A DNA stretch of 64,000 nt from an uncultured delta proteobacterium (GTDB lineage Bacteria; Desulfobacterota; Desulfomonilia; UBA1062), in assembly GCA_963752595.1 (NCBI GenBank), contig CAVVYZ010000005.1, positions 64,001-128,000 of the forward strand. Reading direction: 5' to 3'. The notes under the pieces are model-generated. The model ran no database searches. It saw nothing but the letters and a program-made list of their open reading frames with translations, and had not been told where the DNA came from. Positions 32,656-41,699 of the stretch are shown piece after piece. The first letter of the stretch is position 1. Each line of letters starts with the position of its first letter. The translations under genes were made by a program, and so were the position numbers.

Positions 32656-34170
32656 CTATTCCTTCTTTGCCGCTGCCGGAGCCGTGTCTTGCGGGCGGTT
32701 CCACCATCCACCGCCGAGCGCCTGGAACAGGGCCGCGGTATCGGCATAACGCAGGGCCTGGGCCTGAACGAGGCCGATCCTTGCCTGCTGCTCCTGCCGC
32801 TGGGCGTTGAGCAGCGTCAGGTAGCTTACCGACCCGAGCTCGAACTGAATCCGGGCAAGGTCGAGGGTTTCTTTCGCTGCAGTCTCTGCCTCTGCCTGGG
32901 CCTTCAGTGCCTGGGCATCCGCATCAAGTGCCCGCAGCACATCCGCCACGTCCTGGAAAGCCAGGAGAACGGTCTCCCGGTACTGCGCCTCTGCCTGGTC
33001 ATAGGCAGCGATAGAAGCCCTGCGAATGGCGGTGAGCTCGCCGCCGCGGAATACCGGCTGCAGCAGCCCTGCCCCAAGGTTCCAGAATGCCGAATTGGCG
33101 CCGAACAGATTGCCTGCCTTGATTGCCTGCGAACCGTAGGTGCCGCTCAAAGTAATCTGCGGGTAGAGATTCGCCGTGGCCACCCCGACCTGGGCGCTCG
33201 CACTGTGCAGGAGTGCTTCCGATGCAAGGATGTCGGGCCGCTGGCGTACGAATGACGACGGCAGGCTCACCGGCAGTTCCCGAGGCAGCGTAAAATCACT
33301 GAGGTCGAACTCGGGCAAGCCTGCCTGCCCGGGCAGGAGGCCTGCGAGGACAGAGAGCCGGTGGCGAATCTGATCGAGATCCTTTCCCAGAAGAGGAAGC
33401 GAGGCTTTGGTCTGGGCGAGCTGCGCCCTCTGCGCGAGCATATCGGCGCGCGATACAGCTCCAAGCTGCAGCTGGCGCTCGACGACGGCAAGCTGCTTTT
33501 CCTGGACATCCACGATGTCTCTCGTTGCCTTGATCTGTGCCCGGATTGAGGCCTCCTGCACCGCGGTAGTGACTATGTTCGAGGTGAGTGCGAGGTAGAC
33601 TCCTTCGAACTGGAATGCCTGGTAGTCGACCTGGGATTGCAGCGACTCCAGCTCACGCCTCATGCCGCCGAACAGATCAAGCGAATACGAGATACCCACC
33701 GACGCGTTATAGAGGGTAAAGGGACTGGTATCGGCATTCGGCTGTCTCGTGCCGGCACTCGAGCTCTTCTGCCTGGCGGCCGAGGTATTTGCATCCACAC
33801 GGGGGAGGTAGGATCCCTTCCCTGCAATCAGGTATTCTTTGGCCTGGCGCAGCGCCGCCTTTGATGCAGAAAGGGACGGGCTCCCCGCGAGCGCCTGACG
33901 GATCAGCCCATCCAGCTCCGGCGAACGATAGAGTTCCCACCACTGTCCAGGGATATCTTTTTTGAGGACAAAGCGCTGCTCAACGCCGCCGCCTGTGGGC
34001 GCTGCTGCGGTCTTTTCCGGCAGAGGCTTCACCGTGTAGGAGGAAGTGTCAGGGGCGGCAAGCGGCTTGAAATCAGGACCGACGGCACATCCGGCCAGGA
34101 GGGTACCTGCAAGTACAACAACGAGCCAGGATCTCAGTAACCAAAGATATGTTCTTTTCTTTCCTGCCAA
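32656..34170 (-). CDS. Outer membrane efflux lipoprotein (NodT/OprM family)
   Basis: Lipobox LAGC-AVGPDF, RPDILASE, LFQALGGGW. Confidence 0.93.
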   Translation of the reverse strand: MAGKKRTYLWLLRSWLVVVLAGTLLAGCAVGPDFKPLAAPDTSSYTVKPLPEKTAAAPTGGGVEQRFVLKKDIPGQWWELYRSPELDGLIRQALAGSPSLSASKAALRQAKEYLIAGKGSYLPRVDANTSAARQKSSSAGTRQPNADTSPFTLYNASVGISYSLDLFGGMRRELESLQSQVDYQAFQFEGVYLALTSNIVTTAVQEASIRAQIKATRDIVDVQEKQLAVVERQLQLGAVSRADMLAQRAQLAQTKASLPLLGKDLDQIRHRLSVLAGLLPGQAGLPEFDLSDFTLPRELPVSLPSSFVRQRPDILASEALLHSASAQVGVATANLYPQITLSGTYGSQAIKAGNLFGANSAFWNLGAGLLQPVFRGGELTAIRRASIAAYDQAEAQYRETVLLAFQDVADVLRALDADAQALKAQAEAETAAKETLDLARIQFELGSVSYLTLLNAQRQEQQARIGLVQAQALRYADTAALFQALGGGWWNRPQDTAPAAAKKE

Positions 34171-34198
34171 GAACTACTCTCCTCTTATCTGTGATGGA

Positions 34199-34879
34199 TC
34201 AGCGATCGGGAAGGGCCTGGAAATCTTCCGTGTAATAACGGCGGATAACTTCTTCCTTCAGACCGATGCCGCGCAGCAGAAACCATACGATTTCCCTGAC
34301 GAGCTCTTTGCGTGCAATACCATAATCGATGACAGGGGTAGGCGGCAGCAGATCGGCCATGAGTATGAAGGTCAGACGATCCGCGAACCAGGCGCGCAGA
34401 TGAAGCGGCACCGGGCTGTCCACGATATCTCCGGATGCGACGGCTGCTTGTATATTTTTTTCGAGATTCGGGATCAGCAGTCTTTGAGGTTTCGAGAGTA
34501 CCAGGTGCGCAAACTCGCCATCCCCTGCCAGGCTCCTGAGATAAATCCGGGTTATGTCATCAAGCTCATCCGGGTGATCGGACAAGAGCGTGGAGACCAG
34601 GTTGTGTATAATCATGATGAGATTCGAGGTCGAAGGTTCGGATGACAGGTTTTCCCGGATCTTATCCGGCAGCTTTGCTTCGATGGAAGCCAGCATGGCA
34701 CGGTGGATGGCCTCTTTGTTGGGGAAATGCTTGAACAGCAGGCCCTCCGATATTCCTGCAGCCTGAGCCAGCTCGCGGGTCGTGGCACCTTCAAGGCCTT
34801 TGTGCGCGAACAGCTCCCGGACCCGCGTGATGATCAGCTTCTGCCTTTCATCTGATGGCATTCTGGTTTTAGTGCCCAT
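34199..34879 (-). CDS. TetR/AcrR family regulator of the efflux operon
   Basis: ATTRELAQAAGISEGLLFKHFPNK HTH. Confidence 0.92.
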   Translation of the reverse strand: MGTKTRMPSDERQKLIITRVRELFAHKGLEGATTRELAQAAGISEGLLFKHFPNKEAIHRAMLASIEAKLPDKIRENLSSEPSTSNLIMIIHNLVSTLLSDHPDELDDITRIYLRSLAGDGEFAHLVLSKPQRLLIPNLEKNIQAAVASGDIVDSPVPLHLRAWFADRLTFILMADLLPPTPVIDYGIARKELVREIVWFLLRGIGLKEEVIRRYYTEDFQALPDR

Positions 34880-34888
34880 GGAACCGGC

Positions 34889-34917
34889 TATTTAGCAAGT
34901 ACTTACTTACCTGTCAA
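34889..34917 (-). promoter_or_regulatory. Sigma70 promoter with overlapping operator; near-leaderless transcript
   Basis: Minus strand TTGACA-17 bp-TAAATA; spacer holds an imperfect palindrome (GTAAGTACTTGC); -10 ends 9 bp before the ATG, no SD. Confidence 0.6.
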
Positions 34918-35020
34918 TGCCGAATGTTCCCCCTTAAATTCTCTCATAAAACTTATGATCACACCCAATAAGGGGTAACCCCTTAAGCCGGGATGCGCGG
35001 AATCATCTGATTGAGGTATC

Positions 35021-35254
35021 TCAATCAACGTCAATGATAACACCGCACTGTTCACACCGGTAGCGGGTCTTTCCATCCTCTGATGTGCCGGTTTCTTCAA
35101 AGTCGAAATTTTTCCTGCCGTGCGCCTCATAGCACTCAGGGCAATGACTGCCCTTAAGTTCTTCAGCAGTGATGGTCAAATGACACTGCCGGCACCGCAG
35201 CTTGTGTGTGGCCTGGGGTAAAAGAACCAGGTGTAGATGCCTGCAGGAGCTCAT
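35021..35254 (-). CDS. Small Cys-rich zinc-ribbon protein
   Basis: CRH..CRQC..CPEC..CEQC; GAAGGG RBS. Confidence 0.7.
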   Translation of the reverse strand: MSSCRHLHLVLLPQATHKLRCRQCHLTITAEELKGSHCPECYEAHGRKNFDFEETGTSEDGKTRYRCEQCGVIIDVD

Positions 35255-35380
35255 AACGTATCCCTTCTGAAAAGAATCACTCTCGTGATCAAATAACCTG
35301 TCTGAATACCTGATCGCTGTAACTTTCTATTATGCATCTTCGGATTTTTCAATATTTGCGCCCTCAGCGACCTCAAAGAA

Positions 35381-35935
35381 TCATATTTGTCTGAGCTCAA
35401 ATTCGAAGGTGCTGACAACCCGGTTTTTTCAATGGCATACTGGTAGGGCTATAGGGTGCAGATTCATCATTTCCATCACTTCCGAAAATCCGGATTGTAC
35501 CCTGGTTGGCAGAGCGGATCTTGCCGACTCGTGCACCGGAATCTGAGGCAAACTGCTGGGCCGTCATGCGTGCATTCTTTGTAGCGTCGGCGAGGAGCTG
35601 AGGCCGCAGGGCATTAAAGGCAGTGATGACATATCGGGGATCGGCTGTCCCTCCTTCCTGTTGGCCGTCCAGGACTACGCCGGACTTGAGCAGCTCTTCG
35701 GTTGTCCCCACTGCTTTTGTCACGAGGTCGACCTTTGAAGTTGCCACAACCAGATTGCCCGGTCTGCCTTAACCTCTTTTTCCACCAATCCCTTGACAGT
35801 AACCGTTCGAGTATCAGACTTAAAGCGTGCAGCGCCCTTCCCAATGAAGTATCCTCCGAGCGTAAGCCCGGCGAGAAGACATACACCCACGATCATTGCT
35901 GCCACCAGCATGCTATGGTTTCTATCAGATGTCAT
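35381..35935 (-). pseudogene. SIMPL-domain protein remnant (internal deletion and frameshifts)
   Basis: RTVTVKGLVEKEVKAD N-part joined out of frame to ATKNAR..AQQFA.DSG..VGKIRSANQG..RVVSTFEF C-part. Confidence 0.7.
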
Positions 35936-36104
35936 ACTGTTCGCTCCTCCTTCCGGAGTTATCCCATGTCCAACGGCACAGATCACCCGGCACCTGCAAG
36001 CATAAATTATTTGTTAAGATCTCAATATACACTTTTCACAGGAACAGGGAAACGCCCGTCTATCGCAGCTATGTTCACTCTCAACGCGGTGAATCTCAAC
36101 AGTT

Positions 36105-36764
36105 CTACAGCTTTGCCACATATACAATGTGCCGCAATCCTCCGTGGCCCGGCCGCGAGGTGCTCACGCGAAATCCGGCCCTGCACAGACGTTTGTCGAA
36201 CGCGCTGTCATAGTTCTCGCCCCACACAGCAAAGACACCGCCCGGTTTGAGCGCGGTGCGCGTCCACTCAATGGCGCGGCTGCCGTAGAACGGGTCGTCG
36301 CGCTTGTGGGACGCGGCGTGGGGACCGGTGTAGAGGTCCAGGATAATGGCATCGAAGCCTTCGGCGGCCTTGCGAATGAGGTCGGTCACATCGGCAATCT
36401 CGACATTGACGCGCGCATCTGATACGGCGCCCTGTGTGAGCCCTGCCAAAGGACCCCGACACCATTTCAGCACCACGGGATTGATCTCGGCCACGATGAC
36501 CCGGGCCGTGGCAGGCAGCGTATCAAGAGCAGCTTTGAGCGTGAACCCCATTCCCAGACCGCCCAGCAGAACGCGTGGGAACGCCTGCTGCCGGAGATGG
36601 CTGCATGCAATCCGGCCCAGGGCAACCTCAGAGCGATTCGCCGCACTGTTCATCAGCACCTGAGTGCCGAGCTTGATGAGAAAATCCCGTTCACCCCGTT
36701 GGCGCAGCTCAAGGACCCCATCCGTGGTGGATATGCTCTCGATGGTTTTCCAGGGTTGTGTCAT
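36105..36764 (-). CDS. Spermidine synthase-like SAM-dependent methyltransferase
   Basis: VLLGGLGMGFTL, FDAIILD, LKPGGVFAVW. Confidence 0.85.
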   Translation of the reverse strand: MTQPWKTIESISTTDGVLELRQRGERDFLIKLGTQVLMNSAANRSEVALGRIACSHLRQQAFPRVLLGGLGMGFTLKAALDTLPATARVIVAEINPVVLKWCRGPLAGLTQGAVSDARVNVEIADVTDLIRKAAEGFDAIILDLYTGPHAASHKRDDPFYGSRAIEWTRTALKPGGVFAVWGENYDSAFDKRLCRAGFRVSTSRPGHGGLRHIVYVAKL

Positions 36765-36874
36765 GGGCGTTCCTGATACCTTTTTCACCCGTTATACACG
36801 AACAACAGGCATTGTAAACATCCTGCCGGAGCACATAAAAACACTCTGCAGTGGAACCATTGGGGGCCGCGACT

Positions 36875-38182
36875 GGTTAAGTCTCTATAGTTCTGTAAAA
36901 AGGTAAAACGAGCCAAGAGCAACTCCGATAAAGCGAAGTGACCAAACAAACGCTTGAAGGAGGAGCAGATGGCTCGCAGGGAAGATGATAAGGATTTATT
37001 GGGTATTTGGCAAGAGGCGACGGTGCAAGGAGACGATGGTTTGCGGAGAGTAATGGAATCGGCAATACAAAGGATCCTTGAAGAAGAACTGACCTCATTT
37101 CTCCAGGCAGAGACTCAGGAACGGGTACAAGCCGAGGGCATTGATGACCCGGCTGGGACGGATGGAGCTTCTGGTGCCCAAGGACCGGGAAGGCCGGTTT
37201 CAGACCGAACTCTTCGATCGATATCAAAGGAATGAGAAGGCATTGATGCTGTCATTGGTAGAGATGTACGTGCACGGGGTATCGACCCGGAAGGTCAAAG
37301 CAGTTACCGAGGCCTTGTGCGGATTAGACATATCGAAGAGTCAGGTATCCCGGTTGGCGAAAGACCTGGACGAGGAAGTAAAGGCATGGAGAAGTCGTCC
37401 ATTGAAGAAGTCCTATCCGTATCTGGTGGTGGACGCCCGATATGAGAGGATAAGAATCAATCATCAGGTATTACCGCAGGGTGTTCTTCTGGTAGTGGGC
37501 ATAGGAGAGGATGGGTATCGTGAGATCCTGGGCACCTGGGTAGCCGATTCCGAGAACGAGGCGAGCTGGTCTGAGGTATTCAAGGAACTCAAGGAAAGAG
37601 GCCTCAATGGTGTACGGTATGTGGTGTCTGATGATCATGCCGGTCTTGTTAAAGCCATTGGAAGGCACTTTCAGGGTTGTCTGTGGCAGCGATGCCAGGT
37701 TCATTTTCTCCGCAACATCATTTCTCAGGTCAGCAAGAAGGATCGGCCCAGGATCATAGAGATGGTCAGGGACATCACGGCTGCACAGAGCTATGAGATT
37801 GCCCGTAAGCGGATGGATGAGGTCATCGAGGCCTTGGAGAAGACTCATCCAAAGGTATCTCAGATGCTCGACGAGCATGGAGAAGAGATTCTTTCTGTCT
37901 ACCAACTGCCTCTCCATCACCGGAGATCGATGAAATCCACGAACATGCTGGAGCGGTACAATCAGGAACTGAAGCGCAGAACTAGGGTAGTTCGCATTTT
38001 TCCTCATCAGGAATCCTGCCTCAGACTGGTGACTGCCATGGCCATGGAAATGAGTGAAGAATGGATGGTCCGCCGATACCTCATCTTCGAAGATGGGGTA
38101 TCGGATAAGAACATAAAAGATCAGCTGGCTGCTTAATGCTTATGTCGGAGATTGCAATTTACAGACAATCGGGGACTTGACT
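36875..38182 (+). mobile_element. IS256 family insertion sequence (1308 bp) with 8-bp target duplication
   Basis: Imperfect terminal IRs GGTTAAGTC..TCTGTAAA / TTTACAGA..GACTTGACT; direct repeat CCGCGACT at 36867-36874 and 38183-38190. Confidence 0.92.
36969..38136 (+). pseudogene. IS256 (Mutator-type) transposase with small N-terminal deletion/frameshift
   Basis: MYVHGVSTRKV, YLVVDARYE, VVSDDHAGL, WQRCQVHF, STNMLERYNQELKRRTR; frame breaks near 37115 just before RNGY. Confidence 0.85.
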
Positions 38183-38257
38183 CCGCGACTCAAAATTCAA
38201 CAAAGTTGATGCCCTCAATCCTACTAAATAATTGTCGCTGAATTACGATTATCATCC

Positions 38258-38635
38258 GAGGCTGTCGGAAAAGTCCGAAGACTTCTTATGGAATATTTCC
38301 TAATAATTTCTTGCTAATGCCATTATAGCCTATTTCATGTGAGAAGGACCTCATCATCTATTTGAGCAGGGGGGAGCAGAGCTTTCGGCGTAGCCGGAAT
38401 GTGACAGCGGCAGCCGCTCTTGCTGAGGAACCTTATTGAAAGGTATATTAACCGTATGAAACATTTCAGATCCCTCGCAACTCGGTATGATAAATCAGCT
38501 TCAAGCTATCGGACCTTGTGGACCATTGGTGCTATACTCCTATGTCTCTAGCTTTTACTTTGCGTACAGCACCTAGATCATTCTGTGAGGTCGTTTTCTG
38601 ATCACCATTGATCATTTTACTTTTTCGACAGTCTC
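38258..38635. mobile_element. Degenerate IS1182-type element ends enclosing an IS5 fragment
   Basis: GAGGCTGTCGGAAAAGT ... ACTTTTTCGACAGTCTC inverted ends; right part shares CATTCTGTGAGGTCGTTTT with the 147-bp MITE. Confidence 0.6.
38426..38576 (+). pseudogene. IS5 family transposase C-terminal remnant with right end
   Basis: RNLIERYINRMKHFRSLATRYDK...; ends GTACAGCACCTAG. Confidence 0.75.
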
Positions 38636-38694
38636 TATAGATATCTGCACATTATCCTATTCATCCTATTCAAGAAATAGCTCATATCTTCATG

Positions 38695-38841
38695 GAGGCT
38701 GTTGAAAAACTCCGGGAAGTGCAAAAACTATCAAATCGGGACCATCAAAACACAAGCCTCGATCAATAAATTTCCAATGTCGGGCATTCTGTGAGGTCGT
38801 TTTTTTGTCACTTTTCAACCTTTTAGTTTTTCAACAACCTC
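38695..38841. mobile_element. 147-bp MITE (IS1182-type ends), copy 1
   Basis: GAGGCTGTTGAAAAACT...AGTTTTTCAACAACCTC terminal IRs; flanked by ATG/ATG; identical to 42650-42796. Confidence 0.88.
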
Positions 38842-38904
38842 ATGGGATATCTGTAGTACTAGTCAACGCTGGAAGGTTCAAAGTATATCAATTTTAATGA
38901 ATAT

Positions 38905-38966
38905 GTCTGTAATAAGTGTTATACATAAATATATGCAGAATTAATTCTGCATGTCCATTGTTCGAA
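38905..38966 (+). other. attI-like site / first cassette junction (G|TTCGAA)
   Basis: GTTCGAA at 38960-38966 is the exact complement of TTCGAAC closing cassette 1; preceded by GTTATAC and the perfect palindrome ATGCAGAATTAATTCTGCAT (38933-38952). Confidence 0.6.
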
Positions 38967-38981
38967 TCATAGGAGTATAGC

Positions 38982-39611
38982 GTGGGATACACTAAAAAGG
39001 ACTGGGTAGCACGAATCCGCGAACGTACAGATATGAGCACCCTCTTGACTCATCTGACCAAAGAGGGTCCGGATGGTAAAATTTCTAGGGAGGTCCTTCT
39101 TAAGATATTACTTGAGCAACGGCTCATAGGGAGTACAAGTACTCAAGGATTCATTTGCGGTGACACTCCTGCGGTATGCTTCCAAGATGCTCCTCTTTAC
39201 TCGATTGCTCAGAACACGCTATTCGAGCAGAAGATGCGCCAAGATCGCAAATCATCAGTTGTCCGCTATAGGCCTCTTGGGTTAGCTTTCCCCAAACCAT
39301 ATCTCTACATGAAAGGGGCACGGCCAGTTGTGTACGATGATACCGAAAATGCAAAGAGGTTTCTCCCAAGAAATGAATGGTGGCGCATCGTTCGGCTTGA
39401 TCTTTCAAATGAGAATGCCTTCGTGGATTGGACTCATGAACGTGAGTGGCGGCTTCCTGGAAATCTTGAATTCAACTTGAGCGAGGTTACTTTACTCGCA
39501 GTCGACAATGAGGCAGTGAGTAATATCGCTGCGCTATATATGAAGGAAACTGGCAGGGAGATTAGAGACGAGATCGGAGGCATAGTGACCATGCGAGATG
39601 TTCTCTACTGA
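38982..39611 (+). CDS. AbiGi/DUF2971-like ADP-ribosyltransferase-fold protein (cassette 1)
   Basis: LTHLT, VCFQDAP, GLAFPK..GARPVVY, DWTHEREWR motifs; GTG start with AGGAG RBS. Confidence 0.68.
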   Translation: MGYTKKDWVARIRERTDMSTLLTHLTKEGPDGKISREVLLKILLEQRLIGSTSTQGFICGDTPAVCFQDAPLYSIAQNTLFEQKMRQDRKSSVVRYRPLGLAFPKPYLYMKGARPVVYDDTENAKRFLPRNEWWRIVRLDLSNENAFVDWTHEREWRLPGNLEFNLSEVTLLAVDNEAVSNIAALYMKETGREIRDEIGGIVTMRDVLY

Positions 39612-39624
39612 TTAGGACTGGAGG

Positions 39625-39681
39625 TTCGAACAAGCTAATTCAGCGGACGGCTTACATCCGCCGCTGATCCGCACGTTCGAT
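39625..39681 (+). other. Integron attC site 1
   Basis: R'' TTCGAAC, L'' AATTCAGC, stem GGACGG/CCGCC, L' GCTGATC, R' GTTCGAT; just after the ORF stop. Confidence 0.88.
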
Positions 39682-39721
39682 GCATGAGAAAAAGATACTG
39701 CCAGGCTTATGGAGGTGACCA

Positions 39722-41023
39722 GTGTCAGTAGCCGATATGTTTTCCGAGTTCATTGCCAATCTTGCGATCGACAACTCTGAAACGATCAGCTCACGTTACG
39801 GTGAACTGACCACGGCACTAAACAAGGCATTCCGGGACACAGAGTCGAAGACTGCAAACACGCTTCAAGTTGGATCGTTCGGAAGGAAAACTGGCATCAA
39901 AGGTATTTCCGACTTGGATATGCTTTATCTCATGCCCAAGTCAAAGTGGGACGCCTACAAAGACTCTAAGCAGCTCAAGCTTCTTCAGGATGTGAAGACA
40001 GCCATTCTCAATCGATATCCAAAAACTGACGTTCAGGTTGATCGGCTTGTAGTAACCGTCACCTACACGAACTTTTACGTAGAGGTGCAGCCCGTATTCG
40101 AGCAAGATGATGGAAGCTTTAAGTATCCTGACACGAAGAATGGAGGCGTATGGAAGACCACCAAACCACGAGAGGAAATGAATGCTATTGCAGAATTGGA
40201 CACGTGGAAGAACTCAAACCTTCGTCGACTCTGCAAAATGGCTCGCGCATGGAGGAATAAGCATGGTGCCGGAATGGGGGGCCTCCTTATCGACACGCTT
40301 GCATACAATTTTCTTAAGTCGACAAGCGAGTATGATACAAAGAGTTTCCTTTACTATGATGAACTCAGCCGGGATTTCTTCGAATATCTCTCTGAACTCC
40401 CCAAGCAAGACCGCTACGACGCTCCCGGAAGCAAGCAGCATGTCAAAGTCAAGAAAGCATTCCAACGAAAAGCAGCGAAAGCATATCGCCTCTGCGTCAA
40501 GGCAATTGAGGCGGAAGGCACAAAGGGCGTTAACGATAAGTGGAAGAAAGTATTTGGACGCCCATTCCCCGCTAACGCCGAACTGACAAAAGAGGTCGTC
40601 CTCGCGAATAGCACAGCGACTTGGGACGATACTGAGGAATTTATTGAAGACCGATACCCCGTCGACATCCGCTACACACTTAAGATTGACTGCGACGTAA
40701 AACAGAACGGCTTCCGCGAGGACCGCTTAAGCGCGATGCTCGCAAAGATGATTCCTTTGCTAGCGAAGAAAACACTCGAGTTCGAGATTGTGCAGATAGA
40801 TGTGCCAGGGAAGTATTCGATTGAATGGAAGGTTCTTAACAGAGGAGAGGAAGCCCGCAGGCGTAACAAAATAAGAGGGCAAATTGTCCGTGATGATGGA
40901 TCTCACACGAAGATTGAACCAACCTCTTTCAAAGGCGACCACGTTGTCGAGTGTTATGCAATAAAGAATGGAGTGGTTGTAGCGAAAGATCGAATCCACG
41001 TGCCAATCAGTACAAACGGTTAA
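39722..41023 (+). CDS. CBASS CD-NTase: SMODS nucleotidyltransferase with C-terminal AGS-C domain (cassette 2)
   Basis: GSFGRKTGIKGISDLDML catalytic motif, VEVQPVF..YPDT..GG.WK.T.P; C-terminal EEFIED..WKVLNRG.EA..IRGQI..E.T.F.G.H.VECY (AGS-C). Confidence 0.9.
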   Translation: MSVADMFSEFIANLAIDNSETISSRYGELTTALNKAFRDTESKTANTLQVGSFGRKTGIKGISDLDMLYLMPKSKWDAYKDSKQLKLLQDVKTAILNRYPKTDVQVDRLVVTVTYTNFYVEVQPVFEQDDGSFKYPDTKNGGVWKTTKPREEMNAIAELDTWKNSNLRRLCKMARAWRNKHGAGMGGLLIDTLAYNFLKSTSEYDTKSFLYYDELSRDFFEYLSELPKQDRYDAPGSKQHVKVKKAFQRKAAKAYRLCVKAIEAEGTKGVNDKWKKVFGRPFPANAELTKEVVLANSTATWDDTEEFIEDRYPVDIRYTLKIDCDVKQNGFREDRLSAMLAKMIPLLAKKTLEFEIVQIDVPGKYSIEWKVLNRGEEARRRNKIRGQIVRDDGSHTKIEPTSFKGDHVVECYAIKNGVVVAKDRIHVPISTNG

Positions 41024-41027
41024 TGCC

Positions 41028-41603
41028 ATGAAGAAAGAAGACATCCTTAGAAACATAGCCGAAACAGGGTATAATGTAGGCTTTGGTGCGAAGAAACACT
41101 TCGCTACGTACGACATTGTGGCAAAAGTTCCTGGTCTAATTGGTTTTGCATCGACTGCAGTTGGTATCTTCGCCCTCTTTATAGATTTTCTCTCCACGAA
41201 GCATCTATCCGCTGCGTTTATAGTCTTTGGTGTTGCGGGACTTTTCATCAGCCATTACGACCATAAAAAGCAGAGCTATGCGGACGCAGGAAGCGAACTT
41301 ACCGTACTATTTAACCGACTAAAGGCGCTTTATTTCAACGTAAAGGGGACCGATGCGCGCGATCTCAACGAGTTCGAAAATGAGCTGGTGAATATTGAAC
41401 ATGATTATTACGCTAAATGTATAAGCGAGCAGATCCTCTTTAGTGATTGGTATGCTCACTACAAGTTCTTCTGGCAGCACCAAATTGGTTGGATCGAAGA
41501 GCAGAAGCGATTTCGGTTCTTTCGCGATAAGGTACCGCTTAGCCTTATGGTGACGATTCTTTTTGTGGTGATCGTATCTGGTTTGGTTATCTGGTTGGGT
41601 TAA
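41028..41603 (+). CDS. SLATT-domain transmembrane CBASS effector (cassette 2)
   Basis: IAETGYNVGFGAKKHFATYDI, two TM helices, helical region, SDWYAHYKFFWQ, terminal TM; starts 4 bp after the cyclase stop. Confidence 0.85.
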   Translation: MKKEDILRNIAETGYNVGFGAKKHFATYDIVAKVPGLIGFASTAVGIFALFIDFLSTKHLSAAFIVFGVAGLFISHYDHKKQSYADAGSELTVLFNRLKALYFNVKGTDARDLNEFENELVNIEHDYYAKCISEQILFSDWYAHYKFFWQHQIGWIEEQKRFRFFRDKVPLSLMVTILFVVIVSGLVIWLG

Positions 41604-41631
41604 AAAAACCATTAACGGTTCATAGAGCGGC

Positions 41632-41686
41632 ATCGAACAAGGCGGCGGACGCCGACAAGTCGCGCCGCTGAGCTTAAACGTTACTC
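41632..41686 (+). other. Integron attC site 2 (L'' box appears partly deleted)
   Basis: R'' ATCGAAC is the exact complement of GTTCGAT at the cassette start; GCGG..CCGCTGAGCTTAAAC; R' GTTACTC. Confidence 0.8.
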
Positions 41687-41699
41687 CAGGAGTCTGAAA

